From Octopus vulgaris (taxonomy: Eukaryota), in assembly GCA_951406725.2 (NCBI GenBank), contig OX597818.1:33852001-33916000 (forward strand): a DNA stretch of 64,000 nucleotides, in the 5' to 3' direction. Made by a program: the position numbers and the translations under genes. A model generated the notes under the pieces. That model saw only the letters and a program-made list of their open reading frames with translations, searched no databases and was not told the DNA's origin. Below, piece after piece: positions 25,001 to 40,414 of the stretch (positions are counted from its first letter, which is position 1; each line of letters opens with the position of its first letter).

Positions 25001-25220
25001 GCAGTGATAGCAATTGTTGTCGACATCGTTGGTGTGTTGCAGCGTTATGGGAAAGAGTGTCACTCAGAGTTCATATCTACGCCGCCGTTGATGTTGCTAT
25101 TACAACAGTTGAATGCAGGAAAAGTCTAAATAGTTGCATTGAATGATAATTAGACCATCCTTTAAGCGAAAAGCTCCACTTCATATTTTTCATACAAAAC
25201 AGTCCAGTGACCCAGTCGTT

Positions 25221-25283
<63 letters not shown>

Positions 25284-26580
25284 CAATTACTCTTTCACTA
25301 ACACCTTGTGACATTCATACTATCTGTTTCTACCAAATGTTATCACTTATCTGTTACAAACCTTCACTAATAGTATTTCTAAATATATATTTAAGCATAC
25401 GTTAAACAACTACTGCTATAAGAAATTCGACTTCTAGAAATATGATGTATCAACGAAGATTATCAATTTCACTTTATCACCAGATTCTCCTTAGACGGAT
25501 TGTTGCCTGTATATATAAAAGTATGTGTGTGCGATATGCACACAGAGTGACAGCACCCAAAATAAAGAGAAGACTAAAAATGTGACAGAAATAATTAGAG
25601 TCCGATCACAAATCTATCGTTACTTAGTCCTCAAATTGGTCCTGATCAAAAGAACTTATAGTCAAAAGCCTTCCAGTGATGACCAACCTATCTTTCTCAT
25701 GGAACTCGATATATATTATCTGATGTGTTCATTTCCAAGAGAGTAGGGTGTAGCTAGCGGTAGTGTTGCCTGCGGCTATCTAGCAGGTCAGAGGACCACG
25801 ATGTGTTTCCTTCGTAGTTCGTAGATTGCTGATGTTCTAATTGCAGTTATTACTGTTACTGTTGATCGTTTTATATCGTAATTATTTTCTTTCGTTGCTT
25901 TTTACTAGTATTTGAGCAGTCATTCTGCTGCTGATGCAAATGTACTTGTTTCTGTTTTTCTTGATTTTGTTCTTGCTATCATATTTTTCCCCCTCTTGCA
26001 ACTACTGGTTTATATTCTTGAGTTATTGACAATATTACTGCATTTGTTTTTCTTATATTTGTTGCTGCTGATACGGTACATCGTTAGGACAATTCAACCT
26101 CAGACATTTGTCTGAGTGGCGTAATTTCTCAGAATAATTCGCGCTGCCATTTACACAACTGTTTTACCAACATTATTGACTGTTGATGCGCACCGTGCCG
26201 ATATTATAAAACCTCATCAACAGCACCACCACACCACCTACCCACTACTTCCACAGCAGCTACATCCTCCATCACCTCCTCCGCCTTCAACACCACTACC
26301 AAAAGTAGATCTATCATTTTGATTACCATTGTCATTGTAGTCAAAACGTTAATGGCATTTCACCCTCATTATTACGCGCACACAGCCACACACATATATA
26401 TATACATACATGTACATCCACACACAAACACACACACACATTCATCTATATAATTCTATGCTGTCATCCTCTCCTCTTCTCCCTATAGATTTTCTTCATT
26501 CTGAATTGTTCCTAATTTGGATGAAAAATTACAAAATGCACCCTATAATCGTATTTATATGTATGCATATGCATACGTTT

Positions 26581-26808
<228 letters not shown>

Positions 26809-27346
26809 AACGATTATTAGTAGTGTTTGTGACAGGAACATGGTGTATAGAAATACTGTCTATATTTGAAATATAAAGCGGAGATGAAATAATAAAAAAA
26901 AAATTACAAAATGTTTCGTGCCCTATAAATTAAAAAAAAAAAAAAAAACACTTTTCGAAACGAAAAGCAACGCAAACATACTTTACGTATTCTTGCCCCA
27001 CCCCATTAATAGACATTTGCCAACAACAACAACAACAAGAAAAAAATTAAGAATTCATATTGTATATTTGGTCCCTAAATTTGAATTAGAATTGCAATCA
27101 GTTTGGAATTTTTATTCTCAGTAAGTAGTCATTTCCTTCCATCACTCATAATTTTAGGAATTAATGTTCCTAATGCTATATTTTGAAATAATGTGGGAGG
27201 AAAAATAAACTCGACCGTTCTTTTCTGTAAGCCCTACTTAGAAAGTTTTTATTTATTTTGATAAAAGTGAAATTCCTATTGCATACAATTAAATTGACAT
27301 TTTGTTGCAGATCCATGATTTATTTTCGTGTTTGTATTTATGCCTT

Positions 27347-27441
<95 letters not shown>

Positions 27442-27657
27442 TGTATGTATGTATGTATGTATGTATGTATATATAAATTTATATATACATATTTTAAATA
27501 CATAGATAATAGACTTGTTCGTTTCGTTTCTGCAATCTGTTTACACTCATGCCACAGCAATTATACCCTCCACTACGAAATAATTTCATTGTAAATGTGA
27601 ACATTGACACATGGGTTGTTTTGCTTTATTTTGTGGCATTAAAAGAAATCATCATCA

Positions 27658-27706
<49 letters not shown>

Positions 27707-28254
27707 ATTTCGATAAGCATGGCGTGGAGTATTCTGTTCTCCTTGTCGAAATACTCATTATGGAAACATTCAGTTATTGAATTGTCCTCAGAATAAAATA
27801 AATAGAGAAAGAGTGAAAAGAGCAATCGCTTTAAAAATAAAATAAAATATAAAAGTCATATAAATATCTGCAAAAATCTATATAAAAAAATATTTTTGTC
27901 CTTTTTTTGTTGATCTTTCAATATTACGACTGTTTGTTAAATACAGTTCGTTATGGTAATTCACTAATTACAAATTACTTCATCTGTACTTCGCTGCGTT
28001 CATGGCTTTTCACATCATTGACTGTTTTGTATTTGATATCTCAATTTATGTAAGTTTTTTTTTTAAATCCTTTCTTATCTAATGATACTCTTATCATTAA
28101 GATCATCAATCTTTATTCTCTTAGTCTTCATTCTTCTTGTCTTTCTAAACATCCGTTGTGTCCCTCTCTTTATCGTTATCATTTACTAGTTTCAATCGTT
28201 GAACTGCGGTCATGCTGCAGCAGAGCCTTCAAGGATTTATTTGAAAAAATCGAC

Positions 28255-28556
28255 GGAGAGGACAAAAAAATCACAGACAAACGGATTAATACGATTAATC
28301 GACCCCAGTGCGTAACTGGTACTTAATTTATCGACCCCGAAAGAATTAAAGGCAAAGTCGACCTCCGCGGAATTTGAACTCAGAACGTAACGGCAGACGA
28401 AATACGGCTACACATTTCGCCCGGCGTGCTAACGTTTCGCCCAGCTCGCCGCCTTCCCAATGCTAAAATGATATATGTTTCTTTATTACCCACAAGGGGC
28501 TAAACACAGAGGGGACAAACAAGGACAGAGAAAGGTATTCTGCCAGCTCGCAGCCT
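28255..28556 (-). mobile_element. SINE family B composite carrying the same inter-copy junction as the 20.1-20.6 kb tandem
   Basis: ccttcccaatgctaaaatgatatatgtttctttattacccacaagggg matches 20380-20428 with three mismatches. Confidence 0.8.
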
Positions 28557-29131
28557 AGTAGAAAGGACTATTAAATGACAACTGTGGTCAACTTTTATCT
28601 TCTTTCTTTTTAAAGAATATTCGTATTTCACTCTTAGGCTTTTATATTCTTTATGTTTTCTTTAGATCATTAAAGTTCCTTGATCCACTGATATTATGAT
28701 ATTTCTTTGCTTCCAGATGAAGTTCTTACAAGCAGTTTTCGGTACTGCTCTTTTATTGTTGACAAGACTGATGAGAATGGGTTTAAGATGGTATAATTTT
28801 CGCTAGATTTATAATACATGGCCAACAAACTCCAAGCCAGTAATGAGGAAGTCATATGTATTTGTTACCAGTCTGTGCCATCTATACGTTAAGTTTAGTG
28901 TTGTATTTTCCTATTAAATATGGCTTCTATGAGCATTCTACATATATTTGTCTCGTTATCCACTAATGATTTTCTATTCAGTTTAGTTTTTGATGTGTAC
29001 TGAAATGAGTTGTAAGGGATTCGTGTTTCAGAGATGTCCACTGCCAAAATATGTAGTACATCTCTTTTCAGTACAACAGTTAGTGTCATAATAAATCTCT
29101 GAACGAGGTATGAACAGTAGCTGCACGACAA

Positions 29132-29258
29132 TGTGAAGTATATTTGTCATTTAAATGTGGCTAACTACTTAGGGTGGACGCTACTGGGGCTACAAGCTAC
29201 AGTTGCATCCACCCTTAGTGGTTAGCCACATTTAAATGGCAAATACACTTACTTCACA
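29132..29258. repeat. Fold-back element (~55-bp arms)
   Basis: tatttgtcatttaaatgtggctaac...agggtgga versus tccaccct...gttagccacatttaaatggcaaata. Confidence 0.85.
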
Positions 29259-29708
29259 GTTAGTATCATAATTTTGCGACTAACATTTTCCATCTGAAAT
29301 TAATAACGATGATATTTTTCTGAAACGTATTCGATTGAATTCATGCTCATAGCTTCCCGTTCATCAGATTTTTAATTCTGATGATAAAGATATACAAATA
29401 TACGTTATTAGGGCAACGTTTATACTGAGTGCAATACATGTTGTGTTGAGCTTCATGCGGTTTATTTTATGTAACATATTTGTCAATTCATTTTCTTCAT
29501 ATAATTTATTTTCGTAAGTGGTTTGTGTTATTGATGTATGCGTATATTCGTTGTATTTATAAGTTGAGTTATTTGCTTCGTTGCATTATCAATACGTTAG
29601 TTATTGTTTCTAATGCTCTTAGTTCTTAATGCTTTCACATATGGGTGGCAGCGTAGGTGTTTGTATGAGTGTACGTGCGGGCGTTCAACTCATGATTGAA
29701 GTTTCGAT

Positions 29709-29939
29709 AGCGGCGAGCTGGCAGAAACGTTAGCACGCCGGGCGAAATGCTAAGCGGTATTTCGTCTGCCGTTACGTTCTGAGTTCAAATTCCGCCGAGG
29801 TCGACTTTGCCTTTCATCCTTTCGGGGTCGATAAATTAAGTACCAGTTACGCACTCGGGTCGATATCATCGACTTATTCCGTCTGTCTGCCCTTGTTTGT
29901 CTCCTCTATGTTTAGCCCCTTGTGGGTAGTAAAGAAATA
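29709..29939 (+). mobile_element. Full-length SINE family B with 15-bp TSD
   Basis: TSD gattgaagtttcgat at 29694-29708 and 29940-29954. A-box-like agctggcagaaacgttagc; B-box-like gagttcaaattcc. Confidence 0.92.
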
Positions 29940-30409
29940 GATTGAAGTTTCGATGTTCAGTTTGATCGGCGGCTGACTTGGCCGCAAGTTTCTAATTTAA
30001 AAAAATAAGGGAAATATTATGAATTCCCTCTGCCATTTCGTCAACATTTTCCTTATACATATTAAGAAAGTCTTGCAAAGTTTTATTTATCCAGAAAAGA
30101 TAGGGAATTGTAACGTGGAGCAACGAGAATCGAAGTTAAACTATACCTTAGATTATCGAAGTATGATCCTGTTTATCCGCTAAAAATCTCAAGTCTGCTT
30201 AGGACACTCGACTTAGAGGAGTCCTCATCATTGTTCGTTTGTGTGTGTGTGTTTGTGTGTGTGCGTGTGTGCGTGTATTGTATGTACACACACACATATA
30301 TAAAAATATACACACACATACACGCAAATGTATGTGTATATACACATACATATGTATAAGAATATACATATATATATATGTGTGTATATGTGTATATCTA
30401 TCTATATAT

Positions 30410-30552
30410 ATCGTGACGTATATTTGCCATTTCAATATGGCTACCCCTAAGGGTGGATACTACTGTAGTTTTTAGCCCCAGGAGGGCACACTCCTCCAGC
30501 TGGCCATAGACATAGGGGTAGCCATATTGAAATGGCAAATATACGTCACGAT
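30410..30552. repeat. Fold-back element with perfect 40-bp arms, same family as 29132-29258
   Basis: 30410-30449 is the exact reverse complement of 30513-30552. Confidence 0.9.
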
Positions 30553-30606
30553 GTGTTACCGCTACTGTATATAATTCACTTTGATATTTATCATTATCTA
30601 TCTATC

Positions 30607-30631
<25 letters not shown>

Positions 30632-30638
<7 letters not shown>

Positions 30639-30895
30639 GAGTTACAATTGACAATCCAATAATTTTTTAATATAACATAATATACTATGAATATAATATA
30701 ATATGACATAAACAATTATTTAAATACGTAGGAGTGACTGTGTGGTAAGTAGCTTGCTTAACAACCAAATGGTTCTCGGTTCAGTCTCACTGCGTGGCAC
30801 CTTGGGCAAATATCTTCTGCTATAGCCTCGGGCCGACCAAAGCCTTGTGAGTGGATTTGGTAGACGGAAACTGAAAGAATCCCGTCGTATATATG

Positions 30896-30948
<53 letters not shown>

Positions 30949-31792
30949 TTGTGCCTGTGTTTGTCCTTCCAACATCGCTTGACAACCGATGCTGGTGTGT
31001 TTACGTCCCCGTAACTTAGCGTTTCGGCAAAAGCAAAAGACCGATAGAATAAGTACTAGGCTTACAAAGAATAAGTCCTCGGATCGATTTGCTCGACTAA
31101 AGGCGGTGCTCCTGCATGGCCACAGTCAAATGACTGAAACACGTAAAAGAGTAAAAGAGTAATAAAAACAAGCCAGCAATTTGTTTCGACTTATATACAC
31201 TTTTTGATATATAATCAATTCAGTTCCCTTATATATAAGTCACATCAGGGCAACGTTGTGTAGATAGACGAAATTCCTTGTGAAAGAATTGCTGGATTGT
31301 AAAAGGGTTCATTCAAACGCATACGTATTATGAGCGTGAGTGTTAGCCATTCAACTACATATCAATTATATAAAAATTTAATAAAACAACAAAATTATAA
31401 CAGACAAAACAATTAAGTAAGTAGAATCTACATCTATCGAAATATATTTCTATATATCTCACATAATATCAATCCAAACTCATTTATGTCTAAGACACTC
31501 TTTCGCTGTTATAATAACATACAATAATATTATATATATGTGTATATGAATAACTATCAGGGTCATATTTAATCGCGCATGACTATCTACAACTTTGACA
31601 TGATGTGACTTATATATATATATAGGAACTGAATTATTTATATATCAAAAAATGTATATAAGTCGAAACAAATTATTGGAATCTTGGGTTATTTAAAAAA
31701 CTGTTTATATTATATTATATTATATTCATAGTATATTATGTTATATCATAATATAAATAAATTATTGGATTGACAATTGTATTTCTCTATTT
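30632..31792. mobile_element. PLE-like inverted-repeat element (~200-bp arms); left arm interrupted by a SINE
   Basis: 30632-30727 plus 31161-31268 is inversely homologous to 31583-31792. A hammerhead-like motif is present in both arms. Confidence 0.7.
30728..31160 (+). mobile_element. Full-length SINE family A
   Basis: gtaggagtgactgtgtggtaagtagcttgc...gtaaaagagtaaaagagt. Confidence 0.9.
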
Positions 31793-31924
31793 AATTTATT
31801 TTTTGTAATTTGCATTATACTCATATTTATGTGGGATTGAACCGACATACCAGTGAACTGGATGTTTTACACACCCTTTTGAAGGAATTCTTTTCATTTG
31901 TTTGTTACCTTATATATTTATGTG

Positions 31925-32815
31925 ATGCTAAAGCCAAAACCGGTAGACCTCGTAAAACTTCAACAAGGCAGGATCGTATTATGGTTAGAATGTCACTGTA
32001 GGATAGGTTTAAGAGTTCTGCTGAGATTTCCCGCGAGTTTAGCGCCATTTCCGATGTCAACGTCACACAAAAAAGTTTCTCAGAGGTTACGAGGTTCTGG
32101 ATTGAATCAAGAAGAATCAAAAAGCCCGTCTTCGTTTCGCTCACGAACATGTCGTTTGGACAGAAGAACTGTCGTCGCATGTTACTTTAAAGTTTAATGT
32201 GATTTGTTCCGATGGCGGGATATACGTCCGACGAAGAAGTGACGAAGGGTCATCTCGTGCATGTGTGAAGAGGACAGTGAAATATGGAGGAGGCAGTGTA
32301 ATGGTATAGGGAGTGATCTCTGCTGCTGGTCCTGGTCCACTTATTCGCCTACATGGGCCTGTCAATGCTGAAATCTACAAGCAGATTCTTAGACAACATG
32401 CCCTTCCACATTCTCCGATCCTCGTCAGTTCAGCCTCCTATCTTTGCGCAGGACAACGCTCCCTGTTACACTGCGAAGAGAGTCAATGATGTTTTGAGTG
32501 ATGAAGGGGTTGATCTCATGGATTGGCCACCTCAAAGTTCCGATCTCAACCCTATAGAAAACGCTTGGAAGATTACTGGAGAAGGGCACGAAGGAGGAAA
32601 TCCAAAGAACCAAGATTGAATTCTGGGAATTATTGAAAAACAAATGGAACAATATTACTCCATTTTGCAAGAAATTAATTCACTCTTGTGGTAACATGTC
32701 AGGAGGTCATTGATAGTAAAGGGGTGTTCACAAAATAGTAGTAAGGGTTTCTTTTTTGTTCTTGTTCCATTTTTCATTGTTTTCCAAAGAGACCCTTAAC
32801 TTTTGACCGGTACAG
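31925..32815 (+). mobile_element. Decayed Tc1-like (DD34E) transposon with 3' TIR
   Basis: TGRPRKTSTRQDR, TVKYGGGSVMV*G, QDNAPCYTAK and WPPQSSDLNPIENAW across frameshifts. Ends cttttgaccggtacag. Confidence 0.92.
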
Positions 32816-34047
32816 TTTGGAAGATTATTTATTTATTTCCTCATAACTTACGAAATATTTTTTCCATTCACTCGAACATTTCACGAAAGATAGATATTAT
32901 ATATAACTAAATATGCGTAAAATGTCTAGCCTCAACCTGTTGTTATCTTCTATAATAAATATTTCAATACACTTGTTCTTACTACCCTTACATTACGCCC
33001 GCTACTGTACATGTGACAGATGTTTATAGATTTTGAATAGCACCTCTGCACAATTTCTGAGCATTGTTTTTTATTGTGGATCTAACAAGAGAACAAATAA
33101 CACTATTAATAAACTACCTTTTTGTAATGGTAATATATAATGACTGATTTTATCGCCTGTCTCCCTTTTAAAAACTAAATGTAATACCTTGTCTTTAGTG
33201 TGTGATGAATTACAGTAAACAGCGCTTAAAGAACTTGCTGTATTAATCTGTCGAAGGATTTTGGTCATCTACTTAAAATACATCTAAGTTTCTACCAATA
33301 TTTACTGGTTTTTTTCTTATTTTTATTTTTCTCTTGTTTTCCTATTTATAAGAAGTTAGTCTATAAAGTCCCATACTCCTTTATTTCCACAAATCTGTTC
33401 TGTAGTTACAATATTATTAGTGGTACAATTATCCAATAAGAACGGATTTAGTACATATCTTATAAACGATTTTCTCGCATACTATTGGTCGGTAATTTTT
33501 TGGCTGAATGCTTAAGAGGAATGAGAAGTTTGGGAACAGTTGACAACTAATTGGGTAGAACTAATGTACATTCCGCGCTCTGTCCTTGAAGTGTAATCAA
33601 TTACTGTGATGAGACACATAGTTTTGGTACCAATATCTGTTACATTATCGAAGTCTAGGAATTTTCAGTTTGATATTTTCTTTAAACTATTCTCCAACAC
33701 TATACAATTTTATTTTTCGAATTGCTCATGTCCAACAATTCTGCACTAATTGTGTTCCAGTTCAATCTATCCAACTTACAAACTTTTTCCTTTTCCCTAT
33801 ATATCGCCTTCCAGTGACTTGTTCTATTGGCAAATATCTTATCTGAAAATTCCTGCTTCGATTAGTCCTACAGCAGATTTGCTTCGGGTTCTTCGACAAA
33901 AAAGTATTCAGTATTTTTCATATATATTTTGACAAGGTTGCAAAAGCAACAAAAAGTTTTGGATGACACACGGAAAAAGATAATAATAAATGAGTGGAAA
34001 GTGAACCGGTGAGTGTGTTAGATATTGAGGCTGCATGACTCTCCCCA

Positions 34048-34122
<75 letters not shown>

Positions 34123-34559
34123 AATCTGTAATTTAGATTTATAGTCGTGGATCATAGTACTTGTTTCAGCAGGTATACATTAATGCTTCTTAGTAATTTT
34201 CCAATTTCTCTTGATTTGTCTCTGATGTCTTGTAAATATGTTGGTTGAGATCCACTTCATATCCACCAGAAGCTGTGAATATGAAGTGGATCCCATCCAT
34301 AAATGTTCTCCTTTTGCCTCTGTTTTAGATGGGACCTGTATATAAACATGTATGTGCAATTTATATAGAATATACAGTATTAATTTTAAGAGGTAAAATG
34401 GTGGTTTTTAGTTACACAATACAAAGCAGTTGATATTGTATATCTCCGTAGTGCAAAATATATAAACCCTGCAAACATGAATTTGAAGTGCAATATGCTC
34501 AAGAAAAGTTTCTTACCAACATAATATTTATGGGATCATTGCCTATTTCTATATTCTAA

Positions 34560-35686
34560 CGCAGAAGCTGTCTGGCACAGCTTTTACAACACTACTACTG
34601 GGTGTTAAAGCAGTTACTCAACCACCCGAATATGGACGTGATATACCTCAATTTTAATAAAGTCGATCATGCTGTGCTATATCATAAGCTTGAACAGTGG
34701 CCACACGACTTTAAAAGACAGTAGTCAATCAATTGTGGCCAATGAAGCCACCTCTAAGGAAACACAAATATATTCCACAGCGCACGATTTTAGGACCAGT
34801 GGTATTCGTAATGGCTTTCTTAGACATGCCCCCAACTGCTGAGGTATCCACCCTTGCTAGCTATGCAGAATATGTAAAAGTCTCCCAGAGTATTCAAAAC
34901 CCTGGATCTACAACAAGAATTGGACGCAATAAACAGATAAACTTCGGACAATAACATGCAGTTTAATGCTAGAAAATTCCATGCCCTGCGCTACAAGCAA
35001 AGAAGTTGAATGAAATGTAGACAGGATACACTGGCCCAGAAGGGATTGCAATCCCTTAATCAACAATAGTCCGCGACCTAGGAATTGACAGAGTAATAAA
35101 GCATCTTTCCAGATGCATATTACTAACTTGACGATAAAATGCAGACGACTGGTCAGATGGGTCCTTAGAACTTTCAGAACGAGGAAACAGCAATACATGA
35201 TGAAGATATTTGTCTTCAGGCGCTTTGAATATTCCTCCCAACTAAAATTAACGGCGGAACTCAAAGTAATCCAACAAAGCCACACAAGGTAGATCATTTC
35301 AATGCGAATGGTCAGCTACTGGGAAAGGTTGAAAAAGTTAAGATTCTACTCCCGAAAAAAAGGCGGGAAAAATATACAGTGATGTACATACGCAAAGTCC
35401 TTGGAAATTGTAACCAAACCTTGGCACTGAAGACTACACAAGCAGCAGAACTGGGCAGCAATGTATCCTCTTTTACTCTTTTCCTTGTTTCAGTAGTTTG
35501 ACTGCGGCCATGCAGGAGCACCGCCTTTAGTCGAGCAAGTCGACCCCAGGACTTATTCTTTGTAAGCCTGGTACTTATTCTATCGGTCCCTTTTGCCGAA
35601 CCGCTAGGTTACGGGGACGTAACACACCAGCATCGGTTGTCAAGCGATGTTGGGAGGACAAACGCAGACACACAAACGTATACACT

Positions 35687-35728
<42 letters not shown>

Positions 35729-36110
35729 CGACAGGCTTCTTTCAGTTTCCGTCTACCATATCCACTCACAAGGCTTTGGTCGGCCGGAGCCTGTAGTAAA
35801 AGACACTTGCCCAAGGTGCCCCGCAGTGGGACTGAACCGGGAACCATGTGGTTGGTAAGCAAGCTATTTACCACGCAGCCACTCCTAGTGCTAAATATCC
35901 TAACATCGTCATCCAGATACAGGACCAGATACTGCGACGGCTTTTGTTTCAAGGGCCCATAGCTCTTCAATATCTTACCCCAAAAGCCTCAGAGACCTAC
36001 ATGGGGTAGGAGTAGGTGTGTTCAAGACTAAACTGGATTTCTTCCTATAAAAGGCGCTCGATAAACCTACCTCACCGCAAGAAACGCAAATGAGGGGAGC
36101 AACACTCTTT
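34560..36110 (+). mobile_element. Decayed CR1-like LINE RT and C-terminus, interrupted by a SINE
   Basis: RSCLAQLL..DVIYLNF..KVDH, IPQRTILGPVVF..SYAEY (YADD), NNMQFNARKF, SYWERLKKL, LFNILP, FKTKLD. Confidence 0.85.
35469..35886 (-). mobile_element. Full-length SINE family A nested in the CR1-like LINE
   Basis: Reverse complement of the family A body; LINE homology resumes on both sides. Confidence 0.9.
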
Positions 36111-36593
36111 TACAAAATGCCACATGTTAAAGGAGGTTTCAAGTAAATGAAATTGTAGCAAGACTAACAGTGTTGCCCCAGCACTGTCGCAGCTCCCGAG
36201 CTGAAACTAGTGAAGGAATAAAAGAATACATATTCTTGAAAATCAAAGAACGATGAATGTAACAAAGAATTCAAGTGGTACTCACGATCTTCAACGGAAG
36301 ATAAGAGGAACCGGGCCCACAAAATATGTATGCCAAGTTTATACATACATCAGCTTGATCTTTCTCGATCTTTATCTATCTCTTCTTCTTTCCCTCTCTC
36401 CTTCGCTTTTTCTCTATCTCTCAGTCTCTAAGATATGTATGTGGGTAAATATCGATGTATATTTCATGTATACACACACACATACACATACTCACACACA
36501 CATATATACAAATACACACTTAAATATACATAATTAGCTATATATAAAATTTCGTTTTTGGATCTGGTCTGCAAGATTCTTTAAGTGGCTTCG

Positions 36594-36734
36594 CATGTTG
36601 AAACACATTTTGTTGTGTCTGGAGAGTTATATTCCTTTGCTATATATAAAATAATAAACCTATAATATTTATACACCTTTATATGCGTAAGGTTTTATAG
36701 ACATGTGCTTATATATATTATATATTTCTGTATG

Positions 36735-36794
<60 letters not shown>

Positions 36795-36875
36795 GTATAA
36801 ATATTATAGGTTTATTATTTTATATATAGCAAAGGAATATAACTCTCCAGACACAACGAAAGGTTTTTCAACATG
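36594..36875. repeat. Inverted repeat with perfect 68-bp arms
   Basis: 36612-36679 is the exact reverse complement of 36790-36857. Confidence 0.92.
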
Positions 36876-37318
36876 TCTGTGTTTGTCCCCCTAGCATTGC
36901 TTGACAACCGACGTTGGTGTGTTTATTTCCTCGTTACTTAGCGGTTCGGCAAAAGAGAACGATAGAATAAGTACTGGGCTTACAAATTAATAAGTCCCGG
37001 GGTCGAGTTGCTCGATTAAAGGCGGTGCTCCAGCATGGCCACAGTCAAATGACTGAAACAAGTAATAGAGTAAAAGAGTATATATATAATGTATATATAT
37101 ATATAATGTATATATATATATATATTATGTATAATTATATATATATATATACATACACACACATGTATATCTATTTATATACGTAAATCTATATATATAT
37201 ACATAGAAATATATGTAGATACATAGAGAGAAAGAGAGAGTATATATATAATATAAATGTTGATAGATTTACGTATATAAATAGATATACATGTGTGTGT
37301 ATATATATATAATTATAC

Positions 37319-37360
<42 letters not shown>

Positions 37361-37377
37361 ATATACATTATATATAT

Positions 37378-37973
<596 letters not shown>

Positions 37974-38520
37974 ACATAATATATATATAGACTTATATAC
38001 ACACTCGTACATACTCATATACATGGGTGATTGTATCCGACGAGGCTTGTATGCATATATCAATGCGTACCTCTGTCCATTCTGTGCGTGAACGCCCAGT
38101 CAAATTTTTGGTTTGTTTGTTTGTTTCTTTATTTTTGTTTTTTTTATTTCTATTTTTATTTTTCACAGGCAGCTAACAGATCCATGTCGATGATGTGTAA
38201 CAAGACAGATCGAGACAGATCGGGACATAGTCGATTAAATGGGCGATCCCATTAAATATTCCATTCACACGATCGGGAAGTGATGCTATAAGCTAGGAAG
38301 GAATTCCTGGGAGATAAGCCGTCATTAGAATTCAATAATGATTCTCTTTTAACAGATATTTGTAAATGGGTTTGTCACCTTTTTTTCATTTTTTTTTTTT
38401 TTTATATATATTTACTAATCTTAACCGATAATGTCACAGTGATTGGAGACATAAGTTCTGGAAAGTGACACTTCGCAATAGTGACAGATGTTATATACAT
38501 ATATGTGAGTGTGTGTGTTG

Positions 38521-39060
<540 letters not shown>

Positions 39061-39359
39061 TGCATGTATATTAAGAAGGATATCATTTTTCATTAGGGAA
39101 AATTCAATGCAACACCGAGCGTACTGCATGTTGCATATTACGCAGGAAGATGCCATGTCAGTGTGAATTAGAGATATCTTTAGTTACGCTTTAAAATATT
39201 GATGGGTAATATATATGTGTCGGTGCATATTTTCGAGCGTATAATGCCGCTCGCTGTTTTTAACATGATTATTTTTGCATGTATGCATATAATTTTCTTT
39301 CTTTTTATTACAGTATGTCTATTTGTAAATCAATAATATATTTGTTTCACGTTTTAACA

Positions 39360-39970
39360 CAACACCAGCAATTTCGTGGGGAAAAGGTAAGTCGGTCCCA
39401 GTGATTAACTAGTACATATTTCAAAGACCTCAAACAGATAATTTGCAAAGTCGACCTCAGAGGAATTTGAACTCGGAACTTAAAGACAGACGAAATGCCA
39501 CTAAGTATTTTCACGATTGTGCCTACCGTCATCTGATTGCATGCCGATAGTATATTGGTTTCAAATTTTGGCACAAGGCCAGTAATTGGGGTGGAGATGC
39601 AAGTCGATACTTATTTCATCGCTTGCGAAAGGATAAATTACAAATTCGAGCACGGTGGAATTTGAACGCAGAACGTAAAGACGGGTGAAATTCCGCTAAG
39701 CATTTTACCCAGCGTGCTAACGATTCTGCCGACTCACCGTCTCATTGTATGTCACTAATATTTTCTTTTCTTTTCTGCTCTAGGCACAAGGCCCGAAATT
39801 TGGGGGGGAGGAGACCAAACGATTAGGCCGACTGGTACTAAATTTATCGACCCCCGAAAGAATGAAAGGCAAAGTCGACCTCGGCGGAATTTGAACCCAG
39901 AACGTAATGACAGACGAAATACCGCTAAGCATTTCCCGCGGCTTGCTAACGATTCTGCCAGCTCGCTGCT
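39360..39970 (-). mobile_element. Cluster of three SINE family B copies (variant tail ggcacaaggcc)
   Basis: Repeated ggaatttgaac...gaacgtaa...gctaagcattt core. Confidence 0.8.
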
Positions 39971-40414
39971 TCATTATATGTCAATAATATAAGGCATAAG
40001 TATGGCTGCATGATTAAGAAAATAGCTTCGCAATAATGAGGTTGCGTGCTTGGTCTCATTGTGCACCGTATTGCTGAAGTACATTTCAGCACAATCTTAA
40101 GCTTTCTGGTGGAAATTGAACATAAGGAGACTGTTCGGAAGCTTGTCAGGTAGATTGTACATGTAATTCTTCTCGCCAGTTATATTCAGTAAACATGTGT
40201 ATGGAATATTCAGGCGTTACCTGTTAATTCAACGCATAGTACCTTCCAATTATCAAATAGAGTTTGTGTATTCATTGCTAAAACCGACAGAACACCAGAT
40301 TCATTTTAATATATTCACATTTTCACTTTTTCATATTGTTTTATGAAAACACATTCGCTTCCTCACAAGTAACGCAATTATACGCATCTGTATGCGCTTT
40401 AGTGAATATATATA

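Noticed and set aside
35469-35886. Several plus-strand A>G differences in this SINE copy
   Set aside because: They are antisense to the SINE transcript and dispersed, so ordinary transitions or subfamily variants suffice.
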